Assembly (NCBI GenBank): GCA_028023455.1
Contig: JAQFVV010000008.1
Coordinates: forward strand, 13,144,001 to 13,208,000
Direction: 5' to 3'
From: Epiperipatus broadwayi
Taxonomy: Eukaryota > Animalia > Onychophora
Length of the DNA: 64,000 bases
Positions 38,801 through 52,479 of this stretch are shown one piece after another. A program made the position numbers and the translations under genes. Below the pieces are notes generated by a model that was not told where the DNA came from, did no database searches, and saw nothing but the letters and a program-made list of their open reading frames with translations. Position 1 is the first letter of the stretch. Each line of letters begins with the position of its first letter.

Positions 38801-41800
38801 AATAAGATATTTCTAGAAAATAGCATTGATATTTAAAATTATGTCTCTAGCGATGTAGAAAACTATTGTATTGATTGAAAAATTCAAAGATTTTTTTCCT
38901 ATTATAAATGACGTCTTAAATAAAAAAAAATTCAATGCTTTGTGGTCTTTAGCTATATTAATTATTATTCCTTTATTAATTGTTGACTCATCATAACTTT
39001 TATGGATATATATATATGTGCCTTGATTTATATTACTTTCTATAAAGATTACAAGTTTATGAAGAAAAAAATTCTTTACTGCTCAAATAACGGCTATTAT
39101 CTTCTGATTAAAAGAGAAATGACTTAAATTAAATAGTTATTAATTATATAAAACAAATTGTTAAAATCCTTGCTGCATTTAGAAATTAATTGAGCGAAAA
39201 AATCATGGGATAATTCTTAAAACTTGAATAAGTTTGGAGATAATATTTTATTTTAATGGTAAAGATGAATAGGGTAATAAATGGGAAATTTAATACAGTA
39301 TTTATAAAATAATAATTAAGAAATAATAGATCGTAAATTTTGTAAAAAAAAAAAAAAAATCTTTCGTGTCATTAAATCCTTCAATTTTGATACTCTGTAC
39401 TTAAAAAACGTATAAGATTAAGAGGGCAAAAACTAATTACTTTTAATTAAGCAACATCAATAAAATATTAAACAAAAGTTTTGTGTCGAGAATTGTGTTA
39501 TGTCGGTATGCAATACAAAAGATTTATAGAAAAATGAATAAATGTAGAAAAGTTATAATTATTTGTTTGATTAATTTTAATCTTTTTTTTGTACGCATAA
39601 ATTTGCTTTTTATTTTTTTAAAAAAATTGAAATACATTAATAAATGTACGCGGTTTTTTTTTTTTGTTTACTATTTTCTTTAAAGAGTTTTTACCTAGAG
39701 AGAACTTTTATTAAGTTTAAAAACTAAACAACGTTCTTACACATTAATCTATATACTCACATTTAACTAAGCTAGAAATTAAATTCTAATATGCTCGCTA
39801 CCTAGCAATTGGCAAGTCTAGCGAAAATGCTAATCCTCTATTGGGAGTGGGTGAGGAATCGAAAAGGGAATTTTCGCAAGCTGCTTTACTTATTTATACT
39901 CAAATAACAGTAGTGCCAAATTACAATTCCGATTTTTTTTTTTTTGTATTTAAAATTTAAATTCGGACTACGATTCTGCTATGTATTTTGTTTGCTTGAT
40001 ATAAAGATCTTCAAGATTAAATAAATTTTTATTTAATATAGAAATTAAGTAATTGAAAGTAACAAGAGGATAAATAAATATTTAACCAATAATACTGCAA
40101 AAAGAATGAAAACAAAACAATCTAATACAAATTTCTATAAGACAATTCATATAATACAAAACTATATACCTATACGCAATTAGTTCATAAATTTACAAAA
40201 ATCATAATAATAGTGAGCATAAACTTTAATATTTTCAATATTGTTTTTGAACATTTAGAAATTTAATATTCCAGAAAAATTATTAGAATGCTTTTTTCAG
40301 AATTTTTATTTTCCCAAGTTCTTATACTTTATTTACATAATTCATATAAAAAACAATAACATTGGAATCATACCTTCAATAAATTATTTTACATTAGCTA
40401 ATGGTTAATCTTTGAATATCAATATGTTATAGATTTGAATATCTTAGAAATATATAAGATTTGGAGATCCCACCTAGCATTTTAAAATATTGATATTTTG
40501 AAAAAATAAATATACAAAGCATCAAATACTATTGAAACTTTTTATTTACATATTAACAAAAATAATTCAAAGTTATAAATAATATCATTATTGATATGTA
40601 GATCTACAATAACTGATAATTTATAAACTGAAATATATATAAAATAACTATTTTTATGTATATATTCTTCTGCATTTGATCAATGATATCATTGCAATTC
40701 AGGTGATGACAATAAATATCAATAGAATGCTTAAAATATTTTTAAATAAATTTTTAATCTGCTTGAAAATGAAAAGAACTGTTAACCACTTGCTGTGTGA
40801 ATAAGTAAAGTAGGAATTGTTTTCAAAATTGTCTCCATATTCAAAAAGTAAAGTGTAATATTAACACTTTATATATCTCGAAGGAGAAATTCATATTTTA
40901 TCTGTTTGTTTAAATTTGTCTTTAATAATTGAAGTCATATACAATTTTTAAAGTTATCGAATCAGTAATCATTTCTTCCAAAGCATGAGTTAAAACTTAG
41001 AATTGAAATTTGTCTATTTGATGCCCTCATGGGTGAGAAGACAAGATATATTGCTTCCTGCATCTGTTTGAAAATGGCTAATTGTTTTTTGCATGGAATC
41101 CTACTACATGCTAGATACTTTATTGTGCATTGGTTACCCAAGTCATGTTCATCATTTATTTTTGATAACAAGAAATTAAGCCACATTATTGAAATCATGC
41201 CCCTGCAATGCATATAACTAGTAATGGGGTTATTTCCATATTTTTTTGCTTATTTTTCTGATCTTCACACCTGTGATTTGTTATAACACATATTTGTGAG
41301 TACTAAATGTCTAACATTATAACAATAGGTACACTTGGAGCTACAATCCTACAAGCATGAATTTTGATTTCAGTTATATTTATAAAAATATGCATTTACA
41401 AATATTTTAATTTAGTTTTTAAACTAAAATTTTTATTTATTTTAGCTTATAGGCTTGAAATTGTGGTTTTAATTGGCTATAACAATTTTACTTTTCTAGA
41501 CAACATAGTCTTGGTAATTTTCTTGGTTTTTTTTAGAGACTTGAGAATATGATTTTGTATTGATGGTTTTCCATGAAGTCTAAAAAAAAAAATTTCCCTG
41601 CATTTTTGGAATCTTTTCATCATCATCATATGATTAAACTTTTCTTCTCTATAATGTACCCTTGTTCTTATTTTCTATTGATATTTTGTTCCATATCTTA
41701 TATGGATGATTAGTTTTCTTTGCATTTTTATTTTCTACTATGATAACTGCTAAAAATTATTATACTTTATATTTCTCCTCAATTGCTTTATTAGGATATT

Positions 41801-42205
41801 ATTTAGACAGAATTTATCTCTATTTTAAATCTTTTATCTTTTTAAGTTTTGTTTTCTAATTAGTAAAGTTTTGATGCTATTTAAGTCAACTTGTATCAGC
41901 ATTTTTGGCTTGTTAATAATGTAACTGGAATCCTTTCTGCCCCATTTACTGTTCTCTCTCCCTTTTAATAATAATAATATCTTTATTTCATTTATGCCAG
42001 AGATTGATAGTTCACCTTAAATGTTTATGAGAATGCAGGCCATCACATATCTATGATATATAATATTTGCATTTCAATCTTTTCTTTCTTTGTATATCAT
42101 TATTGCACATTCATGTATGATTGAAAAACTTTATGAATGTATCAAGAATGTGTGTAAGTTATTACTAGGTTATTTATTCATTCTTTAATTTTTAAAACAC
42201 TTTTT

Positions 42206-42303
42206 TTTTATGTGTCATAGTATCGGCCAGGAAGCGAACCTGCTAACCTGGGACAACTGCTTGTAAGACAGTTATGCTGACCACTCAACCAACTATGCTT
42301 GAC
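42206..42303 (-). mobile_element. ~100-nt tRNA-Gly(TCC)-derived SINE with A tail and 19-bp TSD
   Basis: Minus strand GCATAGTTGGTTGAGTGGTCAGCATAACTGTCTTACAAGCAGTTGTCCCAGG-TTAGCAGG-TTCGCTTCCTGGCCGATAC follows metazoan tRNA-Gly(TCC). It is flanked by AATTTTTAAAACACTTTTT at 42187-42205 and 42304-42322. Confidence 0.8.
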
Positions 42304-43094
42304 AATTTTTAAAACACTTTTTAGACTTTAATAACTGAAATTGTAATTATATCATTCTACTTTCATTTTATTGGTGACTGCTGTAAAACACATTTTGTGA
42401 TTTTTTTAAAAATCAGTATTCTAGATAAATTAACAGCTTGGACTATAATCGTTCTCTTTACTATACTGTAAATTATAACTATTCATGGATAATTTATTAT
42501 TCTATCATAGAAATCATATAACAATAAGAGATCGGTTATTCATTTAAATTCTTTTATGATACTGTATTGATGTTTTTTACTTTTTTTTTTGCTGCAAACA
42601 TTATTCTTAATACTTCTTTATGCAATTGAATTTAACATGAATGAAGCATTTACAATGATCTTTATCACCATAAACTGAGTGAGATCTGGTCCTAGACAAT
42701 ATCTATTTATTTGTATTATTAAATCTACTGCAACAATAATTAAATAATGTGCATTGATGTTTGTAATTATTTTTCTTCTTTAAATATTGTGTGTGCTCCT
42801 TTATTTTATCTCCTTATTTAGTGTAGTTTATATTGATTGATTCTTATTTAAAAAAATTATGGACATTTGAAAACTAAATTTGAAATTTTTTCACATTTTT
42901 ATGCATTGGTGTCTAATATTTTGTTATAAACATTTACTGGAGTTAAAGCACTATAACATCACATGACCACTGATATTATGTAGAGAAAGTCACTACTGTG
43001 TTAAAAGATTGTGCAAGCATAATAAAGGTGATTTTATAGTGGTTTAATACCAATTCTAGGGAAAGGCTGTTGGTGAATATGATTATTAAAAAAA

Positions 43095-43375
43095 CAAAGA
43101 CACCAAAATATGTAGATACTGAACTAGATTCAGATCTGTATGACTATACTAGTGAATTATCTTGAATTTAAAATATTATTGTGTTTTCAGTTTAGGTTCA
43201 TAGTTTTATAAGTAACAAAGAAGAGAGATTGTGGAGAAATACATTAGATTTAAAAAATCTAAGTGGAGTGCTCTCATATCCAAGGCTTCTCGCTGATAAA
43301 ATCTATTGCTAGAAACTAGTCTGGGAATATTAGATGAATAAGCACTAGATGGGAATTTGGATGATTACTCTTCTA
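43095..43375 (+). repeat. Dispersed repeat with a decayed hammerhead-like motif (CTGATAA...GAAACTAGTC at ~43293-43321)
   Basis: Collinear with the reverse complement of 44190-44460 over ~280 bp. Confidence 0.6.
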
Positions 43376-44189
43376 GCATTTGTTGATTATCTATGACTTG
43401 CACTAGGTGGCAATATTATATGAAGAAAGTTGCTAATGTGTTATTATTTATTGATCATAGTTATTCCACAAGTATGAAATATAAATTACTTTTTTCTTAT
43501 AGTTATGCAATTATTTCCATCACTTAGTTATTAGAGCTCTGTCTCTTTCTTCACTTATGAATAAAAGCTGTTTGAAACTGTAATTATATCAAATTCTAAC
43601 TATATGCACTTAAATAATCTTATAAAGATGATTTGTATCAATATCTGAGTTAATTTTTAACTTAGAGTAATCTTATAGATCTACCAATTCTTTCTTTAGA
43701 CGTAGTATTTAATACTCAACATTTAGAAACTTCTTAATGATTATATATCTGATCATGGCAGATTCTAATGCTTCTATCAGTTTTCAGGCAATTAAGCATT
43801 ATTTGCTATAAACTTTTTATGGCTTTCTACATATTTTTACTGAACAAAATATATTGGGATCAGTTTTAATTTGAATGTTACTTGAAATTAGTCATTTTTA
43901 AAGTTTTGAACATACTGAAAGTTGTTTTTCAGTTTTCTCAACTCAGAAAATCTTTTAATAAATATATCATTTAATACTGCATCAAAAAAAGAGAAGTAAT
44001 TTTAATGCAAAGTGCATTAAATTAATGCAAGACTACTATAGACTTTTATTTATATATAATTTTAGTTTTTCAGTTGATAATTTTATTTGAACGGGAGTAG
44101 TTGCTATATGCAGGGGCTAAACTCTTTATACAGTATCACCACTCAGTGCAAGCCAGAGTAATCAATGGATGCAAAAAGGTTTGTGCATA

Positions 44190-44460
44190 AATTCCCCATC
44201 TACTGCCTACTCATCCAATATCCCCAGACTAGTTTTTAGATTGTGGCTTTCATCAGAGAAGAGCCTTAGATCTGAGAGTACTTCACCTAGATCTTAGGAT
44301 CTAATGCAACCCTCCAGAAGCCACCTTTTACGTTATTACTTAACTATAAAACTTTTAGCCCAAAATGAAAACACAATAATATTTTCAATTCAAGCTCATT
44401 AGCTTGTATAGTCATATAGATCTGAACTCAGTTCTATATCCATACTTTTTTGTGTCTTTG
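44190..44460 (-). repeat. Inverted partner of 43095-43375 with a decayed hammerhead-like motif (CTGATGA...AAAACTAGTC)
   Basis: Minus strand CTGATGA-A-AG..CT-AAAA-ACTAGT-C-TGGGG, with palindromic ACTAGT and GUC. Confidence 0.55.
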
Positions 44461-45561
44461 CATAAGAATGGTGATCATGTAATGTTTAGTGGCTTAATAT
44501 TTGCTATCCCAATTATTTTTATTTTTTCATTTACAGGTATAGATGAAATGTTTACTTTATATATACTTTATTTACAATATGTTTCTCATTAATATTCATC
44601 AAAGCATTATTTGATTTCTCAGCAAATATTATAAAAATACTCATACTATGATCTTTTTCCATTTGTATATCTGTACTAATAGTTTTGCATTAGTTGTTAT
44701 TCACATTGAGATGGATTACAATAGAACTATGACATAATGAAATAGCAGCATTTATTAATTCAAATATCAGCTAACACTAATTCATTTATGTGTAATTCTA
44801 TACTTAAATAGTGTTATGTGTGTTTAATAAAAAGATAATAAATTTATAATCTTTTCTTGTTAAGCATACAAAACACTGTTTAAATATAAAATACATTTAA
44901 ATAAGACAAGTAATAAATCATTGAAATTCATTTACATTATTTATTGTAGTCTTATATATAATAAGATCAATATCTACTTAAGTGATTGATATATTTTGTC
45001 TTATAGCATTACATATAAAAATTTCTGCAAAACTTGTTATAATGTATCTTTTCCAAATTTATTAAAATATCTTTTTGTAGTTTTACAAAGACTCTATCAT
45101 ATTTTCTTATTTTTCCTTTCTTAATTAGTGAACATGCAACCATGATAAATCTTTTGGTGGTTTGGGATGAAACTTTTGTTTAACATCTTAACTGTTACAA
45201 TTTTCCACTGCAAAAAAATATATAAACTTATTTTTTCTTCTAATTTATATCATTCTCTAAAAAAATAATAATAAGAAATAAGATCAATGTATTTTGCCTA
45301 AGAACATTAAAAAAAAATTATTAGCAATTTAGTTTTTTTAATCTATAGTTACTTTTTGTTAGTTTCACTTTTAGCACTTATATAATTTTATGTTCCTTGG
45401 CTATTACTTCTAGCAATTAATCTAAGTTTCTATGACAGAATCTATCATTCATTCTGTTGGATATATAACAAATTAACAATTTGTGTAAATATTACAGAAG
45501 AATATAAAATAAGTGAAAATTTAATAATTATTTATAAAAATCATGCTTAACTTATATATTA

Positions 45562-45645
45562 GCATTGGTGTTTGAGAGGTCAGCGATGGCTGCTTTAGCG
45601 GGTTCACTTCCCAGCTGATGCTATGACACATGAGGAAAAAAAAAA
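45562..45645 (+). mobile_element. Second copy of the tRNA-Gly-derived mini-SINE (internally deleted)
   Basis: Shares GGTCAGC, the TTAGC(A/G)GG insertion, GGTTC.CTTCC and the diagnostic TATGACACAT + A-run tail with 42206-42303. Confidence 0.65.
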
Positions 45646-47480
45646 GACAGAGTTTTTAGTAAATATGTGTTTATATTTGAAGTCTTTCAAAATGGCTTCT
45701 TTACTGATAAAATAGTTTCATTCTTATGCATTATCGCATCCCCAGAAAAAAATTAATTACTAAATTTGTGTTTAAAAATATCAATAATATAACAATCATC
45801 AAATATTTTGCATAATTATTATGTAAATACAACTTATTAAACCATTTTCAAAAATAATTATTTTAAGTGATACTTGAGATTCTATTCAAATGCACTACTA
45901 ATTATGGCAGTGCCAGCAATGTTATATTCAGTGAATTTCAGCAACTTCCACCAATATTTGTTTACTTTTATCAATGTGCATAACTAGTGACATTGGCTCT
46001 GTTTGGTGATCAGCTCTAGTAGTTATTTTAATATGGTATGTTTATCTAGTTTGGATTCTCTTCTGAGTGAATAAATTTTTATTGTTTAATTTACAAAGAG
46101 CAATAAAATATGTATTTTTCTTATAATTAACATATAAATATTTATTACAAAAAATATAACAAATTAATAAAATAAATATTTATCACAATGGGTGTTAGTG
46201 TTGAATATGTAAAATATATGTATATTTCCAGCAATTGTCATTACATAATAAAAATTGAAATAAAAAAGGTCAATTTATTTCAGATATTAATTACTATTTG
46301 ACAAATAGCAATCAGTAAAAATAAAAAAATACATTAGATCTTTTAACAATGATTGGGATGGAAAAATAAAATAGTTATGTGATTATAAAATTAGAAATGC
46401 TCTGTTGTTTTTTTTTTTTTTTTTGCTTAATTTTCTTGTTTATTTTATAGTGTTGATAATGTAATAAAGCACTTCTGCTTAAAAATTTTACAAGTCATGA
46501 TTGTTTATTCTTCTTAAGAATTTCTAAATGTTTTTGTTTATCTATTTTTTTCTTCATTGTACAACTTTTTTTTCCACTATCATTTTATCAACTTTTTTTT
46601 TTAAAAATTTGCTAATTTACTTTAAACTATTTAATAATATGTATAGTGAATTTGCACAGTTATTAAATGATAATACTTTAATGAATAACAACAATATTGT
46701 TAAATTTCAATAATTTTGGAGATGACATATCATCCCTATATTTTAAAACTATTATATCTACCTCATCAAAAAGCCGCAGACTTACAAATTCAAGGTTATA
46801 AAAAGCTGTTTTAACTTCATCTTTATCCAAATTTATAAAATATGATTAGATGGGTTATATCACACATATAACAGAAAGCATCTGTTTAAGAATTTAGTAT
46901 TCAAAATACGATCATAATTCTTTCTTTATCTGCTTGAAATATCACCATTCTCATAAAAAAGGAAGAATACCACTTACAGATTTTTTTTTTAAAATTCAAT
47001 ATTTTTTTAAATACAAATATTATATTAATGCATTTAATATAACATATTTTAGAGAGAATATGTTATTTTTAAAAATAATTCATTTCTGATTTTATAATAA
47101 CTATAATTCATTTCTGATTTTATAATAACTATAACTTTCGAATCTGTTTAATATAGGCAAAAGTTTCAAAACCAGAAACTACCTCTTGAATATTTTAATG
47201 AATAGCTTTATTCATTGCTTTAAATAGTATTGTTTATTGAAGCAAGGAGGTTAACTAATCCCACTCCTATTTAAGAGATCATCCTCACAGTTTTTTAAAA
47301 AAATAAATGAAAGCATTATTATGTATTCTATTCCAGATTGGGTTAACTAGGCAAGTCGCAACTCCATTATCGATGTAAGTGCATATATATAATAAAATAT
47401 AATCTACCAAAGTATGTACACAATTATCAACTATTAGAATAATAAATCTTTAATATAAAACAAAATTTGTTACTTTGATG

Positions 47481-47519
47481 AGTCAAGCTTTCGATACAGT
47501 GTATCTTTGTCAATTGTCT
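47481..47519 (-). ncRNA. Minimal hammerhead motif, U3-A8 variant
   Basis: Minus strand TTGACAA-A-GATAC-act-GTATC-GAAA-GCT-T, with a 5-bp stem II and palindromic AGCT helix III. Helix I is not convincing. Confidence 0.55.
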
Positions 47520-47568
47520 AAATACTCTGGAAGAATATATTTAATTATATATTATCTATGATATATAC

Positions 47569-50500
47569 TGTAATTTAATTATAAAAATGTGTCTCAAAAT
47601 AAACTCCAAAATGGTTTAAGGAAAAAAGATGGCAAAATAATAAACTAGTCATTTCAGGTATATGGCATATTTTAAGCCCTAGTTGGACAGCCATTGTGAC
47701 CTAAACAAAAATAATAACACATTGTAACTTAATGAAATAATATCCAGTGGGTGAAAGCCATTTGTGATCTGATAATAAGTCAATAATAAAAATATCTCAG
47801 AATAAATCCAATGGTCATTCAATACCACTTTATATGGTTTTATTTGGTTTTATACTAAGTGAATATTATGTGAATATGGTCTATCAGGGTGCCACTAGGT
47901 TAACTAAACCTAGACAAAGTAATATTCTATACCTACTTACAAATGTACCAGGTTTGAACCCCTTTTGGTACCTTATTTATAACTGGATGTATGATTTTGT
48001 ATTTTAGGACCATATCACATTTGCACTAACATTAAGAAAAACAAAAAAAAACATCCTTACGCTTTAGTTGTGCCTATAAAATTTATCAGACAACATTACT
48101 ATTTAGATTTTAATATCATAAATGCATTTCAACATTCTCAAAAGTCTTGCTATCTCACATCAAACACTATATATTTATGGTGGCAAATCCCTCATCCTTG
48201 AATGATGTGGATGATCAGAATAGTAGTTATTTTATAATGACTCACAAATGATAAACAAATATAATGAATATCATTATTTATCTATGGCCATTAAACAATG
48301 ATCTACATCAGTAATTTAATACATGAAGATGATGATGATGATGACAATGGTACTTCCATCCACAACTTTAGAACTAATGGCTAACATAAAATTTAGCTTT
48401 TATAGCTTCATAATTATTTTGCCTAACTTTATATTTAAACTAGAACTTAACCATTAATATTCAACAGTGATGATGAATGATCATAACTAATACAGCAATG
48501 AATACTCTTAATAAAGATAGATGCCTCTTTTAATAAAACAAATTAACATTTATTACTGGACCACTAAAATAAACATACTATTTAAATATGTATCTGAAAA
48601 TTTATATAAATAACAATAAAAAGTTGTTTATATTTAAATCATAATATTAATAATATTAAACTCCTCCATCTTTCCCTTTAAAGTATCCAATGTTTATATC
48701 ATAGTATAATGTTGTTATAATGTTTGCATCAATTTGGATAGGGAATAACTTATAAAAAAATGTATTTCATAAAAAAATAAACACTTTACATGCATATACT
48801 TTTGTAACCTATACTTTAAACATAACATATAACATCCAAATTATTAATTAGAAAAAAAGGTTAGTCAGATTCTAGAGAAGTAAAAACATTTACAGAAATG
48901 AGCTTTTAAATTATCTATTTCCACCTCTAAGTGATTGAGATCACTAATCATTATTTTAACAAGTCTAGCTAGTATTTATGTGACTCTCAACAACCAGGCT
49001 TACACAGCTACACTTGTGGCAAGTATAATTATATTACTACATGTGTGTAGGTGTAGATCACTATGAATAAAATATTATTACTAAAAAAAACCTTTTAACA
49101 TATAAACATATTACATAATTTTGAATTGATTGCCCATAGCACATTTCACAAAATAAAATACATCACTAAGTGGATACGTATAATAATTTTAGAATACATG
49201 AAATCATCAATACAGCACTAGCTATTGTTACTGAAACTCTTCTTTTTATTTGATTTTGATTTTAAAGTTCAGAGATAAAAAAAAATAAAGAAATTTATTA
49301 CTAAAAATTTTGTTAATAGTCACTGGTATAATCAATATATATATAATTAAAATTCATATTAGCAGTTCTTTTACTTTCTTGAGGCATGCACTTTAACAAG
49401 ATTTCAAATTAAGCTTGTTGAATGTTTATAAATCTTGCAGCAATCACATACACCAATCTGTAACACATGTATATTACCAATTTCAGTGGTTTACTAAAAC
49501 AGTCCTATTCTTTTTTGGCTTTGGCTTACAATTCTGTTACTGTGATGATGGTGAGGTCACTTGCTTCTATAGGAAACATTTGGCACTGGAATTGTTTCTT
49601 CATTTATTTTCAGCACAATTATTTTAATGGACTCAGGATATTTGCAGTTTTTTATATACTTTATCATTTTGCTGGGGTTTAAACTCAGTCATGGCATAAC
49701 TGAACTAGCATGGTTTGACACTTTTCAATGGTTTACTTATTTTTCATTCTAGATTTAAAAACACATGTGAGCAATCAGTTTCGTCTATTTTATTTTTAAC
49801 ATTGTCACAAAATGTGACATACTTTTGGCTCAAACTCTTCAGGTGTGCATTGGTTACTAGATGGGTGGCCCAGCACAGATGAAACATATATATACTTAGC
49901 CTACCATTAGGCTGAGAATTTTTCCAAAAAAAAAAAAAAAAAAATAATTGTGGCTTTCCACAGCAATTCATTCTTATATTTTAACCCAATTTAGTTTGTT
50001 CTTTTAACAATTTTAATATTTTTTTTTTAACTAAGTGATTCTAGCCTTTTTATACCATTTAGTCTTTTACAGGACCTCACACATAGAAACACCTGATCTT
50101 CTTAGTCATCAAACCATCTAATTAAAACTGTCAATCTGTTTTAAATTAACTATTAGTAACAAAAGTGACTTATATGATTTATTATAAATAATCGGTTGAT
50201 TGGTCTGGAACCCATTAGCTTAATTGCCATCCCGTTTTTTTTCAAATCTAGACTCATAAACTTCATATTTTTTTAATTAGCTCTGAAGAAAAAATGACAT
50301 CTGGACAACTGAAATTCTAACCTTCTGAGTTTAATTAACACATTACAAACAATAGTCTTTATAACAATAGAGCTTTTGAAATCTTAAAATAATTTCAACA
50401 AAATCTTTTTTTCAATATATCTGTAACTCTAGTTTATTTAGGTAAAATACAAGCACACACTCAGATCAACATTCAGAAAAACCCACCTATCAAAAATAAT

Positions 50501-50964
50501 CAATGATTTTTACAAACTATAACTTAATATTCCGAAACTAAATTATTACAACTCTTAGACTTAAAATTATTGTTATAGGAAGAATAGCAGAATTTAGTAA
50601 GTATAGATCAATTTTGAAGAAAGTCAATAATCAAAATCTGAAAATGATTAACTGAATAGCTTGTGTTCACAGACAACTGTTTATATGTGTTCTACTTCCA
50701 ACCTTTAAAGACAACTATTAAAATTCAAGGTATATACCACTCTTTTGGTTTTCCTCAATACAAACAAATAAAAACAAATAAAGAGCATAAATATTTCCCC
50801 CTCTCTCTTTCTGTCCTAGGCTTTTGGGACTTGATCATGTAGGGTTTGCATTTGGGTGCCCTCCAGCTTCACTCTCTTATACATGAAAGTGTGATGATGA
50901 CTTTTTGGTTTTATTTTATGCACATTACTACCATTTAGCCAGAGGCTAAATTAGAAATGGTACA
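47569..50964 (-). repeat. 3' LTR (~3.4 kb)
   Basis: Starts TGTAATTTAATTATAAAAATGTGTCTC and ends ...AATGGTACA. Collinear with 57542-60954. Purine tract AAGGGAATG on the minus strand just inside. Confidence 0.9.
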
Positions 50965-51149
50965 GCATTCCCTTATAAAAAAATCATCACACCTTTACTT
51001 TAATCTTCAGAACCAATAAAACTAACATAAATGAGATCCTTTTTTTTTTTATTAAGGCCAAATGTCATCCATATGCCCACCAAGTCCCCTCTTCATTAGG
51101 AAATTTTGTATCTTGACTTAAATTGGAGAGATCTTTGACAGATTATTCT

Positions 51150-52300
51150 GCTGAAGGATAAGGGATCAAACTTTTTGCATTAATGTTTCCTTATCAGAGG
51201 AGTAGTGAGCATGAAAGCATCCTCTCCTATTTGATTAATAATCTGGAATGACCCTTCATATAAATTTAGATACTCTTTTGAATTGGTTTCTTTGTGGGTT
51301 GCAAACATGAGTGGTGAACACCAGCACAAGCTCATTTACCTAAAATGGATGTGGTTTGGTTTTTTGATTGTTTTACTCTTTTCAGACCCATTAGTTTAAG
51401 TTGGTCCCTGGCTCTATTAAGGTCATTGCCATTATTTATTTCTGCAAGGGCAACAGGCAATGGGATTTCAATCAGTAAGGGTTCCCATTTTCTGTAATGC
51501 AACCTAACAGGATAATCCTGTTGACTCATTACAAGTTACATTCTATTGAATAATTCAGGAAGCTTATTCACCCACTGTCCACAATCATCTGAAATGTACT
51601 CTATAAAGTCTGCTAAGCTCATGCATAAGGTGCTTGCAGGGATTGGACTGTGGATTTTGTTTAGAACTTGACATGCTTGATGTTCTGAGTTTGAACCCAT
51701 TTCTTCCATGTCTTGGATACAAAGGGAATGACATGATTTTTTAAAATTACATCATGTTTACCTGTGGCTAGAGTCTGGTGTTTGGTAAGGCACCTGATAA
51801 CCCCATTGGCATCAGTCTTTGGTAAAGCAAATGCCGAAACAAATTTAGAGAAACATATACTCTATTAAAATGAACTTTTGCATCGTATATGTGGGGAGCA
51901 GTCCATAGAAATCACATGCCAACAATTTATTAGGCTAGTCTGGAATTATGGATTGTAAAACACTGACAAACGACTTTGCATAATACTTAGTTTTAATACA
52001 AATTAGACAATGTTTAATTATATTACTAATACTTCTGTACATCTTATTCCAATAGAAGTAATCCTTTAAAACAACAAATGTTTGGAGTGCCATAATGGCC
52101 ATATTTACAATGAGCATATTTTACTAATTTACTAATTAAAATCTTAGGAATCATGATCCTCCAAGGGTTAACATGATTAATCTTAACCTTATAATGAGAA
52201 CATATTGGTTTAATTTATACCTAGCAAAAATTTCCTTTAAAGATTTCTTGGAGCTGTTATTGTTATGGGATGACTCAGGATGGAGATGATTCTGTCCAAC
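51150..52300 (-). pseudogene. pol: Gypsy integrase
   Basis: PQSNPC..LMHELSRL, NVTCNESTGLS and a C-terminal LYEGSFQII..IGEDAF (GPY/F-like) segment. Confidence 0.75.
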
Positions 52301-52479
52301 TTTAGTTCTTGTTTTTGAATCACAGCTAAATTATGATATTTTAATATATCCTCTAATTTAACATTATTATTAATCAAGATATTCTCCATAACAGGATTTT
52401 GGGGTACAAGACAGACAGGGTGATGACTAAGAACATCAGCAGGGTTATTCTTACTACCCTCAATGTAGACAATACTGTA

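Noticed and set aside
40962-41217. Overlapping ORFs 40962..41213(-) and 41029..41217(+); ALQGHD in another frame resembles hAT LAxRGHD
   Set aside because: No supporting neighbouring motifs; left uncalled.
41500-42800. Possible ancient LINE on the minus strand (GPD and PIS words)
   Set aside because: Too decayed to support boundaries or a clade.
46690-46960. Minus-strand open stretch NLDKDEVKTAFYNLEF...
   Set aside because: Resembles the RT KTAF word but the following motifs do not match, and it has no start or splice support.
49415-49682. Plus-strand ORFs in the LTRs (49415..49627, 49467..49682, 59421..59711, 59521..59739) as real genes
   Set aside because: Non-ATG starts, frameshifts between the two LTR copies, and similarity explained by LTR identity. 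Retained only as the low-confidence fossil-ORF finding.
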